A stretch of DNA of 64,000 nt from Octopus vulgaris (Eukaryota): positions 8,370,001 to 8,434,000 of the forward strand of contig OX597830.1 of assembly GCA_951406725.2 (NCBI GenBank), written 5' to 3'. The number at the start of each line of letters is the position of its first letter. Positions within the stretch are counted from its first letter, which is position 1. Below, one piece after another: positions 1 to 11,789 of the stretch. Both the position numbers and the translations under genes were made by a program. The notes beneath the pieces are model-generated. The model saw only the letters and a list, made by a program, of their open reading frames with translations. It did no database searches and had not been told where the DNA came from.

Positions 1-1791
1 ACAACACTTTGCAGGGCCTGAAAGACTGATAGGGCCATAGGGAGAAAGGAAGGAAGGTACCTTCAAAGTAGAAATATGGCCAAAATACCTACAAAGGAAT
101 GGATTCTGCTGAAAGTACCCAATGTGCCAGATAGTGATATTATATCAGGTGACAGGATAAGTTTACCTACCCACCAGGTAAGCCATGGTAGAGTTTGAAC
201 TTAGAACACAAAAAGGAATGACAAATACCACAAGGCACTTAATGCAATGTTCATACAGTTCTGCCAATCTCCCAAAAGTACCTGAAAGGACAACAGATAC
301 AGTTGACCTTGGCAGGATTTGAACTCAGACTACAGGGACTCAAAGCAAATGCCCCCAAAGTATTGTGTCCCATACTCTAACCACTCTGCTAATTGAGCAC
401 TGTATCTACAAGTGCATATGCTGTGATTACAGGTGCACCTGTTGTGACTGTGAATAGTTTTGTAATTATAACTAAAGGTGTTTTTGTTGCAATGATACGT
501 TCTTTTTTTTGACTGCAGACAGTGGTGCAGCAGTTTGCACTTCATTAAAGTTTATGTTGTAACCACTGCAGGTTCACCCATAATCACCACAGGTGTTGCT
601 GTTGCAATCACATGCAGTACTGGAGTAGTTAGTACATAACTAAAGGTAGCGTTGCAATTACAGGTGTACCTCTGGTGATTAAAAGAGCAGTAGTAGTAGT
701 AGTAACATTAACTATTCCAATAACAGAAGGTGCAATAGAAGTAACTACATGTGCAACAACAGTGATTACAGGTGCACCAGCACCAATAACTAAAAGGTGC
801 AGTGGCTGCTGTTTAAAATATTGGCAACAAGCAAGCCAGCAAGTTGGCAGCTAATTCGATGAAAATAGTCGCTCATTAAAAAGTGATGATGTAAAAGTGA
901 GAGGTGAAATGTGGATTAAAGCTGCAGTTTATCGATGTATTATGATAGAGCGGAGCGTTATAGGCTGCAGTTAGTTAGTCACGCTGCAAATGGATGGTGA
1001 TTGGTGACTCACAACACCTAACGGTTCACTGAGCAATCACTGAACAGTTCAGTTTCGTATAGTGGTGGTGGCGGTGGTAGATGCAGGAGTGCATCAAGTG
1101 TGTTTGAGTATCTTTTTATCTTTTCCTTGCTTCAGTCAATAGACTGCTGCCATGCTGGGCCACCACTTTGAAGAATTTTAGTCGAATGTATCAACCCCAG
1201 TACTTTTTTTACAGCCTGGTATTTATTCTATTAGTCTCTTTAACCAAACTGCTAAGTTACAGGGACATAAACAAATAAACATCAATTGTCAAGTAGTGCT
1301 GGGAGCAAACACAAATACAAAGACATACACACACAAACAAGGGGTTGCTGAAAAGTTCCTGGCTTTAAGGGTATAGCAAAAGGTCTGGTTTGAGGCCCAG
1401 CCTTCTGAGTACTTTGACAAGGCTTACGACTGATAGATCTTGAGTTCTATTCCCGGGTCGAGCGGTGCGTTGTGTTCAGCAAAACACTTCACATTGCTCC
1501 AGTCGCTCAGCTGTGAACGGAAACCCTGCAATGAACAAGCTTTCCGATCACAAGGGGGTGCTGAAAAGTTCCTGGCTTTAAGGATATCGCGAAAGGCCTA
1601 GTTTGAAGCCCAACCTTCCAGCTTAGAAAAACTGAAGGACCGCCTGCAATAAGTGTGTGAATCTGAGAGGGGAATATGTTGGGTAAAATCATAACTAATT
1701 GATCCTCCTATATTTTCTTTGACCCAAAGCAACAAACTTATACAGGATGTTTTCATGTGTGATTAATAGCAGTATTCTTCCATTTAGTGAA

Positions 1792-2131
1792 GTCACATGG
1801 CTCAGTGGTTAGAGCATCAAGCTCACAATCATGACATCGAGAGTTTGATTCCTAGACCGGGCTGTGTGTTGTGTTCTTGAGCAAGACACTTTATTTCACG
1901 TTGCTCCAGTTCGCGCAGCTGTAGAAATGAGTTGCGACATCACTGGTGCCAAGCTGTATCAGCACCTTTGCCCTTCCCTTGGATAACATCAGTGGTATAG
2001 AGCAGGGAGGCTGGTGTGCATGGGCGAGTGCTGGCCTTCCACAAACAACCTTGCCCGGACTTGTGCCTTGGAGGGTAACTTTCTAGGTGCAATCCCATGG
2101 TCATTTATGGCCAAAGGGGGTCTTTACCCTT
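1792..2131 (+). mobile_element. tRNA-derived SINE, family C
   Basis: Head cacatggctcagtggttagagc (A box) and gagtttgattcc (B box); body gtgttcttgagcaagacactttatttcacgttgctccag recurs at 20092, 41472, 44717, 47905 and 59606. Confidence 0.85.
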
Positions 2132-2499
2132 ATCCTTTCTCCTATTTATATACACAGTAAAGTACTGTGGGCCTTCGATGGCTGTGTATTTAGAACAAGT
2201 ACACTAATGCAGATCTAAGATGTTTGTAGATACAACAGCCACACACTGTCCCATATATGTAAGCAGTACACTAAATTAAGGTCAACAATGTTAGGATTGG
2301 GTTTAACAGCATTATAATACAACTCTTCGGTGACAGTATAGATAAGAGCAGCACTGCCCTAAATATAGGAGCTGAATTGCAATGTGAGTCTAGACTGTTT
2401 GTGTCTGTAACTGCAGTATTGTCCTGTACATGTGACCAAGCAGTTTTTTAACTTTTTAGCATTCAAATTATGGCCAAAATAATTTACACACATTGGTTG

Positions 2500-3060
2500 A
2501 TTGGCACTTGTGCCAGTGGAACATTAAAAGTACATCTAAGCGTGGGGTGTAACTGGCCCACTTATGTGTACCCCCCATTCATTGGAGAATGAACTTCGCT
2601 TGCAAAGACCTATTGAGGCAAGTGTAAACAAATCAAAATTGCTGACGTGGCCGATGACAGTACTGCCTGGTTGGCACTCGTGCCAGTGGAACGTTAAAAG
2701 CACATCCGAGCGTGATCGCTGCCAGGGCCACGGATCGGCTCCCGTGCTGATGACACATGAAAAGCACCATTCAAGCGAGATCATTGCCAGCATCGCCTTC
2801 CGGGCACATGCGCTGGTGGCACGGGAAAAACAACATTTGAGCATGGTCATTGCCAGTGCCGCCGGACTGGCCCCCATGCAGGTGGCACGTAAAAGCACCC
2901 ACTACACTCTCGGAATGGTTGGCATTAGGAAGGGCATCCAGCTGTAGAAGCTTTGCCAGTTCAAATTGGAGCTTGGTGCAGCCTCTGGCTTGCCAGTCCT
3001 CAGTCAAACCGTCCAACTCATGCCAGCATGGAAAGCAGACGTTAAGCAACGATGATGATG
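2500..3060 (+). mobile_element. RTE LINE 3'-UTR fragment inserted into an old piggyBac-like MITE (~2448-3236)
   Basis: gtggcacgtaaaagcacc modules, ttggcattaggaagggcatccagctgtagaa, ends in (gat)n; same sequence as the 3' UTR behind the RT ORF at 8943. Flanks resemble the MITE at 45108. Confidence 0.8.
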
Positions 3061-3409
3061 TTGATGATTTCAATTTGTCATGCATTACTTCGTAACTGTG
3101 AGACTTCAATAAAATAATTGTTTGTCTTTAGAATGATATTGTAGGGTATGTATGAGAGGCTGGATCTAACTGATTTAAATGTAAAATGATGGAATATTTG
3201 GGTCAGTGATGACCAAATGATATGCTAAGGGGTTAATTAGGGAAGATCAAAAGTTACAAATGTAGTCTTAGAAATATTATAGATGTGTGTGAGAAGGTAA
3301 TATTATTCTTTTTTTCTTTTACTTGTTTCAGTCCTTTAACTGTGGCCATGCTGGAGCATTGCCTTTTAGTTGAAGAAATCAACCCGAGCGATGGGGGGCG
3401 ATACTGCTA

Positions 3410-3462
<53 letters not shown>

Positions 3463-3634
3463 TATATATGTATATAAAGTAATCCCTCGCCATATCGCAT
3501 TTCACCTATCGCAGTTTATTGTTTAAGCTTACGTCGATTCCACTGTGGCATTGTTTTGCATTTATAATGAAATGAATTTATACAAATTATAAAAATAATT
3601 TTTTTGAAAATACAATACTGTTTCTACTTCACAA

Positions 3635-3940
3635 ATTTGGCACCATTCGAACGTGATTGTTACCAACATCGCTTCACTGGCACCTGTGCCGGTGGCACGT
3701 GTAAAAAGATTCGAGCGAGGTCATTGCCAGTACTGCCTGACTGGCCCCCGTGCAGGTGGCACGTAAAAAGCACCCACTACACTCTCGGAGTGGTCGGCGT
3801 TAGGAAGGGCATCCAGCTGTAGAAACTCTGCCAGATCAAGACTGGAGCCTGGTGCAGCCATCTGGTTCACCAGCCCTCAGTCAAAATCGTCCAACCCATG
3901 CTAGCATGGAAAACAGACGTTAAATGATGATGATGATGAA
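3635..3940 (+). mobile_element. RTE LINE 3'-UTR fragment
   Basis: Two hairpin modules, conserved terminal segment, ccatgctagcatgg palindrome and (gat)n tail. Confidence 0.85.
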
Positions 3941-4401
3941 GGGGCTTTGGAATAAGAAGGATGGAGAAATCATATTTCACTTCAGTGGGATTTGAACACT
4001 GAATGCTAAGGTGCTAAGGGTTAAAAGTAATTTGATCCGGTCTTCTATAGGTGTCTACCCTAACAACATTTGTTGGGACTGTTGGTTGATCTGTTGTGAC
4101 TGCAGCCTGTGCTTTAGTAATAACAGAACACCCTAACAACAATAAGATAAATAATCAAATATAGTTTATCTTTTACTTGTTTCAGTCATTAGACTGTGGC
4201 CATGCTGGGGCACCACCTTGAAGAATTTTAGTTGAATGAATCACCACCCCCAGTCAGGTGCTTATTCTATTGGTGTCTTTTACTGAATTGCTAAGTTACA
4301 GGGATATAAACACACCATCACCAGTTGTCAAGCACAGGGGTGGGGAACAAACACAAACACACATATATATAATAAGAGGAGGGAAAAATATCCAGGCTGG
4401 C

Positions 4402-4448
<47 letters not shown>

Positions 4449-4452
4449 CAAC

Positions 4453-4965
4453 ATCATCATCTTTTAACGTCTGCTTTCCGTGTTGGATGGTCTGGTAAGC
4501 CAGGAGGCTGCACCAGTCTCCAATATGATATGGCAAAGTTCCTACAGCTTGATGCGCTTTCTAAAGCCAACCACTCTGAGAGTGTAGTGGATGCTTTTAC
4601 ATGCCACCAGTATGAGGCCCAGTAAGGTGGTACTGGCATCGGTTATGCTCAAATGATGCTCTTTTATGTGCCACCTGCACAGGAGCCAGTCTGGCAGCAC
4701 TGCCAAAGGCCACACTCGAATGGTGCTCTTTTTACGTGCCACCAGCACAGGAACCAGACAGCGGCCCTGGCAACAATCATGCTTGAATGGTGCTTCTAAT
4801 GTTCCACTGGCACGGGTGCCATTCAGGCGGTACTGTCATCAGCCATGACAGCAATATCACTTACCTCAATAGGTCTTCACATGCATAGTTTATTGTCCAA
4901 TGATTGAAGGGTTCTCTTAAATGGGCTGCTTATACAGCACTGGCATAGGATCACGGTTATGGTCT
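4453..4965 (-). mobile_element. RTE LINE 3'-UTR fragment
   Basis: Reverse-complement tail starting at (cat)n with about four ttttacgtgccac modules. Confidence 0.8.
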
Positions 4966-4999
<34 letters not shown>

Positions 5000-5018
<19 letters not shown>

Positions 5019-5348
5019 CTGAAGTTGTTTGTGTATGGCAGGTATGGTAGCCTTCAACTAACACTATCTCCTCCGAGACCCTGTGGCGCAAGTTGACCAA
5101 AATTGAAAGTATGATAGAAGAAGGCTTGCACCAAAAATTATTTACATCAAAAAGTTGCTTTTTTTCTATGAAAATCCCTATCTTTTTACAATTTTTTGAC
5201 TGCTGTGTCACCATTTTTCGGTCTATTTCAACCAGAAAAATGTTCACTTAAAGAGAATAACAAGCTACATAATCCAAAATTTACTTTTCAAAAATTCCAA
5301 TTCTAAAGGGTCGAAACAAACCCAAGCAACGCCGGGCAATACTGCTAG
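5000..5348 (+). mobile_element. Non-autonomous Helitron
   Basis: Starts within (TA)n-aaa; 3' end cccaagcaacgccggg hairpin then ...actgCTAG followed by T. Same 3' end as 26988-27497. The 5' end is hidden in the microsatellite. Confidence 0.7.
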
Positions 5349-5945
5349 TATATATATATATATATATATAAGATGGGCTTCTTTCAGTGTTCCTCTACCA
5401 AATCTATTCCCAATGCTTTTGGTTGACCTGGGGCTATAATAGAAGACACTTGTCCAAGGTGTAACACAGTGGGAACCAAGAAGTTGAGAAGCAAATTTCT
5501 GATAAACAGCCACGTCTGCACCTATTATGAAGATATGATAAAATTAACTCAACAAAAGTTTTGATTAGCAGTCATTAACTTCAAAGGTCTCATTAAGAGG
5601 TTAAAGTGTTGATTTCCTGTTTAGCAGCAAACTTACTGTTATCAGGAATATTGCATTGGTTGTTGTTGTTGTTGTTGTTATTATCTATTTATCATATTAC
5701 TGATATATAATGCTGTTGTTGTTGTTGTTGTTTGGTTATATTTCAAGTGTTCCTCCTATTGTTTGTTATCTATTCCAAACTTTAGAATCTGTTAATGCAC
5801 AGACAATACGCCTTCCTACATGTGTAGTGGGGGGGGGGAATGAATGTGGGGAGGGGGGGCGAGTGCGCAAGTGCATGTGTGTGAGTGCATGCATATTTGT
5901 GTGTGCAAGTGTGGATGTGTTTGTGAGCATATGTGAGCGTGTATA

Positions 5946-5986
<41 letters not shown>

Positions 5987-7258
5987 ATGTGCACATATTT
6001 GTGTATACATATATATGTATTTGTGTGTGTGTGAACGTATGTGTATATTTATGTGTGGGTGTATATTTGTATGTGTGTGTATACTTGTGTGCATGTGTGT
6101 ATGTGAATTGTGTATGTACACGCATATTTCTGTATGTGTGACTATATGTATATATTTACGTATGTACACGTGTGTATGTGGTGTCATTATTTAGCCCCAG
6201 ACAGACCCTAACTGACCAGATCTATGCTGAAAGACATACCAGTCATGACCCACCTGTCCTTTAAAAAAAAAAAGATCATTCACCTTTGTCAGTCCTTCTA
6301 TCATGCAAGGACAAGATGTTATTTGAAGTAGAATTTAACTGCTATTTCTAGCAACAAGTTGTTCCTTTCTTGTCTCCTCGATTGCAAGAGAGAGATAAAG
6401 CACACCTGTCTGTGTGGAACAGGTGTTCTGATAGCTGGCAGTGGGGTGGGGTATTCAAGTACCTAATAGTGAAGTGGAGTATTCAAAAAGCCAATGGTGG
6501 TGGTCATGGTGGGGAGGGGCAGATGAAGAGAGGGGAGCAGGAAGTAAGATAACAACCAGAGCTCACACAACTGGAAAGATTTATTGTCAATTTTACCAGG
6601 ACTTCACTCACCACCACTACCACTACCACTACCACTACCACTACCACTACCACTACCACTACCACTGCACCAGTTCTACTACCACCAATACTACTACTGC
6701 CATCACCATCACCAGCACAACTATAGTCACATTATCATATTGGCTGCACTTTGCTGCTGTTTTTGATGATGATGGTTGTTAATCCAGCCCCCATCATCAT
6801 CAGCTGCAGCATATTCACTACCATTCTCATTATTCTAATTATCTGTTGTAATCAATAATTTCATAATTATCATAATAATTATTTATAACATAGACATAAT
6901 CATTATCATTATCATCATCATCAGCAGCAGCATCACCAGTGTTTTACATCTGCTTTTCCATGCTGGCATGGGTTGGACAGTTCTTTCTGAGGCAGTGTTT
7001 TCACAGATGAGGGCCTTTCCTGTCAACAACCCTTTATATTGCCTGATTCCAAAATCAAAATTCACATTATTTTCCTGGTTTCAGTCATTTAACTGTGGTC
7101 ATGCTGGAGCACCACCTGTTTTTTAGTTGAACAAATCAACCCCAGGACTTAATCTTTGTAAGCCTAGTATTTATTCCATCGGTCTCTTTTCCCGAACTGC
7201 TAAGTTACGGGGTCGTAAACACACCAACATCGGTTGTCAAGTGATGGGGTGGGGATAA

Positions 7259-7312
<54 letters not shown>

Positions 7313-7700
7313 GACAGGGTTCTTTTAGTTTCTGTCTACCAAATCCATTCACAGGAAGACACTTGCCCAAGGTGCCACAGAGTGGGACTGAACCCAGAAC
7401 CATGTGATTTGGAAGCAAGCTTCTTACCACACAGGCATGCCTGGTCCTTTTTCTTTTTCTTTTATTTGTGTCAGTCATTAGACTGTGGCCATGCTGGAGC
7501 ACTGCCTAGAAGACTTTTAACTCAAATGAAATGATCCAAGTACCTATTTTTCTTTTTAAACTGGTTACCTATTCTAACAGTCTCTTTTACAAAACCTCTG
7601 CATTAAAAGGATGTAAACATACCAACACCGGCTGTCAAGCAGAAGTAGGGGACAAACATGTACACAAAGACACACACACACACACACAAATACAGAAATA

Positions 7701-7905
7701 TGAGGGGGCACTGAAAATTTCCAAGCTTTAAGGGTATTACGAAAGGGTTGGCTGGGGGCCCAACCTTCTGAGTTCTTAGGAAAACTGAAGGACCGCTGCA
7801 ATAAATGTGTGGATCTGAGAGGGGAATATGCTGAATAAAATCATAATTAACTGATTCTCCTCGATTTTCTTTTACCCAAAGCCAGGAACTTTTCAGTATC
7901 CTCTA
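7701..7905 (+). mobile_element. mariner-derived MITE (related copies ~1340-1425 and ~1553-1740)
   Basis: TIR-like ends gagggggcactgaaaatttcc / gccaggaacttttcagtatcctc; internal frame reads KLKDRCNKCVDLRGEYAE*, like a mariner transposase C-terminus. Confidence 0.7.
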
Positions 7906-7920
7906 TTATGTACATACATA

Positions 7921-8340
7921 CTCTCTTTTATTCTCTTTTACTCTCTTTTACTTGTTTCAGTCATTTGACTGCGGCCCTGCTGGAGCACCGCCTTCAGTCT
8001 AGTAAATCGACCCCAGGACTTATTCTTTGGAAGCCTAGTACTTATTCTATCAGTCTCTTTTTGCCAAACCGCTAAGTTATGGGGGACATAAACACACCAG
8101 CATCGGTTGTCAAGCGATGTTGTGGGGACAAACACAGACACATATACATATACACACACATACATATATATGCATATATACGATGGGCTTCTTTCAGTTT
8201 CCGTCTACAAAATCAACTTACAAGGCTTTGGTCGGCCCAAGGCTACAGTAGAAGACACTTGCCCCCAAGGTGCCACGCAGTGGGACTGAACCCAGAACCA
8301 TGTGGTTTGTAAGCAAGCTACTTACCACACAGCCACTCCT
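7921..8340 (-). mobile_element. tRNA-derived SINE, family A
   Basis: Reverse complement of the family A copy at 11016; repeated ctctctttta tail. Confidence 0.9.
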
Positions 8341-8342
8341 AC

Positions 8343-10089
8343 ATCATCATCATCATCATCATCGTTTAGCGTCCGTTTTCCATGCTAGCAGGGGTTGGAC
8401 GGTTCTACTGGGGTCTGTGAAGCCAGAAGGCTTCATCAGGCCCAGTCAAATCTGGCAGTGTTTCTACGGCTGGATGCCCTTCCTAACGCCAACCACTCCG
8501 TGAGTGTAGTGGGTGCTTTTACGTGCCACCCACACAGGTGCCAGACAGAGCTGGCAAACGGCCACGAACGGATGGTGCTTTTTATGTGCCACCGGCACGA
8601 GGGCCAGGCGAGGCTGGCAACGGACACAAAACGGGGCGGTGCTGGCAACGGTCGCGAAACGGAAGGTTCTTTTACACGCCACCGGCACTGGTAACACATC
8701 TGCAATTTCCATTGATCGATTTCCATTCATCGATTTCCTGATCCTCACTTGCCTCAACAGGTCTTCACAAGTAGAGTTTCGACATGCCACCGGCACTGGT
8801 ATCTGATTTCCATTGATCGATTTCGATTCTGATCCTCACTTGCCTCAACAGGTCTTCACAAGTAGAGTTTTGTGTCCCAAGAAGGGAAGGTATGCATACG
8901 TAGGCTGGCTCCATCCCATGTAGAAGGCCACGGGTTATGGACTCACTTGTCCTGCCGGGTCTTCTCGCGCACAGCACACTTCCAGAGGTCTCGGTCTCTA
9001 GTCATTTCCTCAGTGAGACCTAAAGTTCGAAGGTCGTGCTTCACCACCTCGTCCCAGGTTTTCCTGGGTCTGCCTCTTCCACAGGTTCCCTCAACCGCTA
9101 GGGTGTGGCACTTTTTCACACAACTATCTTCATCCATTCTCGCCACATGACCATACCAGCGCAAACGTCTCTCTTGCACACCACAACTGATGCTTCTTAG
9201 GTCCAGCTTTTCTCTCAAGGTACTTACACTCTGCTGAGTATGAGTACTGACATTACACATCCATCGGAGCATACTGGCTTCATTTCTTGCGAGCTTACGC
9301 ATATCCTCAGCAGTCACGGCCCATGTTTCACTGCCATGTAGCATGGCTGTTCGTACACACGCATCATACAGTCTGCCTTTCACTCTGTGCGAGAGGCCTT
9401 TTGTCACCAGCAGAGGTAAGAGCTCTCTGAACTTTGCCCAAGCTATTCTTACTCTAGCAGTTACACTTTCAGCACACCCGCCCCCGCTGCTGACTTGGTC
9501 ACCTAGGTAACGGAAACTATCAACTATTTCTAGTTTTTCTCCCTGGAAAGTGACGGAAGTTGGTCTCAGAGCATTTTCAGTGTTTATTGTTCCTGAGCAT
9601 CTGCCACATACAAAAACCATCTTCCTAGTTAGCCTTCCTTTGACATTGCTGCACCTCTTATGTGTCCATAGCTTACACTTGGTGCATCTTATAGAGTTTC
9701 TACCTACACCTTTTCTACAGATCGAGCAGGGCCATCTACCTGAAGGCGTTTGTGATTTGTCTACCTTCCTACTGATTACGACTTTGGTTTTAGCTAGATT
9801 GACTCTGAGGCCCTTCGATTCTAATCCTTGTTTCCACACCTGAAACTTCTCCTCCAGTTCTGATAGCAACTCAGCAATTAGAGCAAGGTCATCAGCATAG
9901 AGGAGCTCCCAAGGGCATCCTGTCTTGAATTCCTCCGTTATTGCCTGGAGGACTATGATAAATAGGAGGGGGCTGAGTACTGAGCCTTGGTGGACCCCTA
10001 CCTCTACCCGGAATTCTTCACTGTACTCGTTTCCAACCCTCACCCTACTAGCAGCGTCCCTATACATGGCCCGCACAGCTCTCACTAAC
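8343..10089 (-). mobile_element. 5'-truncated RTE-clade LINE (RT C-terminal half, ~600-bp 3' UTR, (gat)n tail)
   Basis: Open ORF with RT motifs; C-terminus GRGRPRKTW..DR..W typical of RTE; no 5' part present. Confidence 0.93.
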
Positions 10090-10091
10090 AT
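8943..10091 (-). CDS. Partial LINE ORF: reverse transcriptase (GVHQGSVLSP, LLYADD, FRYLG) with inserted PHD-like finger
   Basis: 382-aa ORF without stops. The start codon lies at the truncation point, so it is unlikely to be a real start. Confidence 0.85.
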   Translation of the reverse strand: MLVRAVRAMYRDAASRVRVGNEYSEEFRVEVGVHQGSVLSPLLFIIVLQAITEEFKTGCPWELLYADDLALIAELLSELEEKFQVWKQGLESKGLRVNLAKTKVVISRKVDKSQTPSGRWPCSICRKGVGRNSIRCTKCKLWTHKRCSNVKGRLTRKMVFVCGRCSGTINTENALRPTSVTFQGEKLEIVDSFRYLGDQVSSGGGCAESVTARVRIAWAKFRELLPLLVTKGLSHRVKGRLYDACVRTAMLHGSETWAVTAEDMRKLARNEASMLRWMCNVSTHTQQSVSTLREKLDLRSISCGVQERRLRWYGHVARMDEDSCVKKCHTLAVEGTCGRGRPRKTWDEVVKHDLRTLGLTEEMTRDRDLWKCAVREKTRQDK

Positions 10092-10448
10092 AAATAAATA
10101 AATAAATATATGATCTCCAGATGAGATCCAAGGATTCCCAGTATAGAAGACATTTAGTAGTGCTTAAATAGTTCAAACTTAGAGCTCCAATGTCTTTTAC
10201 AGGGGATCAATTCCACGGGGAAAAGAAAGGCTATAAGAGGGATCAAGTTGAGCAGATATGGTGCCAGTTATGTGGATAAACAAATTATATAAATTAAATA
10301 TAACAGTTTGGGTATAAAACACATGGAAAAATGAGAGAAAGCAAAAGGTGGAGACTTTCAGATGATGAATATTTAGATATTTATATTAATAGATCCAACT
10401 TACACAAAGTTCAAATGACAGGGAAAATTAAAAGGGAGGAAAAAAGGC

Positions 10449-10479
<31 letters not shown>

Positions 10480-10578
10480 AAGATAAATTGAATATTAATT
10501 TAATTAATAACAATTTAAAACCAGTAGCCTAGCATACAAAAATCTGAAAAAAAATCAGAGAAAATTCTAATACATGTG

Positions 10579-10789
10579 TATATTTTAAGGCAAAAAAACC
10601 ACTATGTGGACAGCCATATGCTAGAAATAGATCACCTACGATCAAACTACAAAGAAAGAATGTTCCCAAGAGAAAATTCAGCGGACACCAGAATTTTCTC
10701 TAGTGAACATTCTTCTTTGTAGTTTGATCATAGGTGATCTATTTCTAGCATATGGCTGTGCACATAGTAGTTTTAGCCCTTAAAATATA
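10579..10789. repeat. Foldback inverted repeat, ~100-bp arms, 11-nt loop
   Basis: tattttaagg...gagaaaattc / gaattttctc...ccttaaaata pair around agcggacacca (10680-10690). Confidence 0.9.
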
Positions 10790-11015
10790 TATATATATAT
10801 ATATATTATACATTGATGCTACTGGATCGTATTTATTTATATAATTATTTACATAATAATTTATGTAATAGTATTACATGGAAAATTCAATCACTAACAG
10901 CTGTTGCCATTGTGCAGAAACAATTGTTGTGATTTGTAATTAAAGCATATTTATTCCGTCTTCTTGTTTTATATATATATGTATGTAATATAAAAGAATT
11001 AAAATCATATATATA

Positions 11016-11420
11016 GGCGCAGGAGTGGCTGTGTGGTAAGTAGCTTGCTAACCAATCACATGGTTCCGGGTTCAGTCCCACTGCGTGGCATCTTGGGCAA
11101 GTGTCTTGTGCTATAGCCCCGGGCCGAGCAATGCCTTGTGAGTGGATTTGGTAGACGGAAACTGAAAGAAGCCTGTCGTATATATGTATATATATATATA
11201 TATGTGTGCGTGTATGTGTTTGTGTGTCAGTGTTTGTCCCCCTAGCATTGCTTGACAACCGATGCTGGTGTGTTTATGTCCCCGTCACTTAGCGGTTCAG
11301 CAAAAGAGACCAATAGAATAAGTACTGGGCTTACAAAGAATAAGTCCTGGGGTAGATTTGCTCAACTAAAGGCGGTGCTCCAGCATGGCCGCAGTCAAAT
11401 GACTGAAACAAGTAAAAGAG
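11016..11420 (+). mobile_element. tRNA-derived SINE, family A (full length)
   Basis: ggcgcaggagtggctgtgtggtaag head, ggttcagtcc B-box-like, cttgggcaagtg CORE-like box, internal (TA)/(TG) tract, tail gactgaaacaagtaaaagag; more than 15 copies or fragments in the window. Confidence 0.92.
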
Positions 11421-11610
11421 TATATGTATGTATTTAACCTGTTTCCTGTGTTGCATTACATTTTTTCACCTACACCTTCTCTCTTTGTTTATTGAATATA
11501 ATAGACACCCACATGATTTGCAGACCTTCTGTATAGCATGTTTCACTGATATGATAAGATATTATAGCTCAAAAAAAAAAAAAAGAATACAATTATTATT
11601 AACATTATCA

Positions 11611-11648
<38 letters not shown>

Positions 11649-11789
11649 GTTATTATCATCAATATCACTGCTGGCACCATGCAGATTTCCTAAAGAAAGT
11701 AGTCTTGGAGATCTAACAAAAGATTTTTGTTCTCATTTGGCTTCAATGATTGCTTATGCACTGTACTGAGATGAAACAGAAATGGTAAC

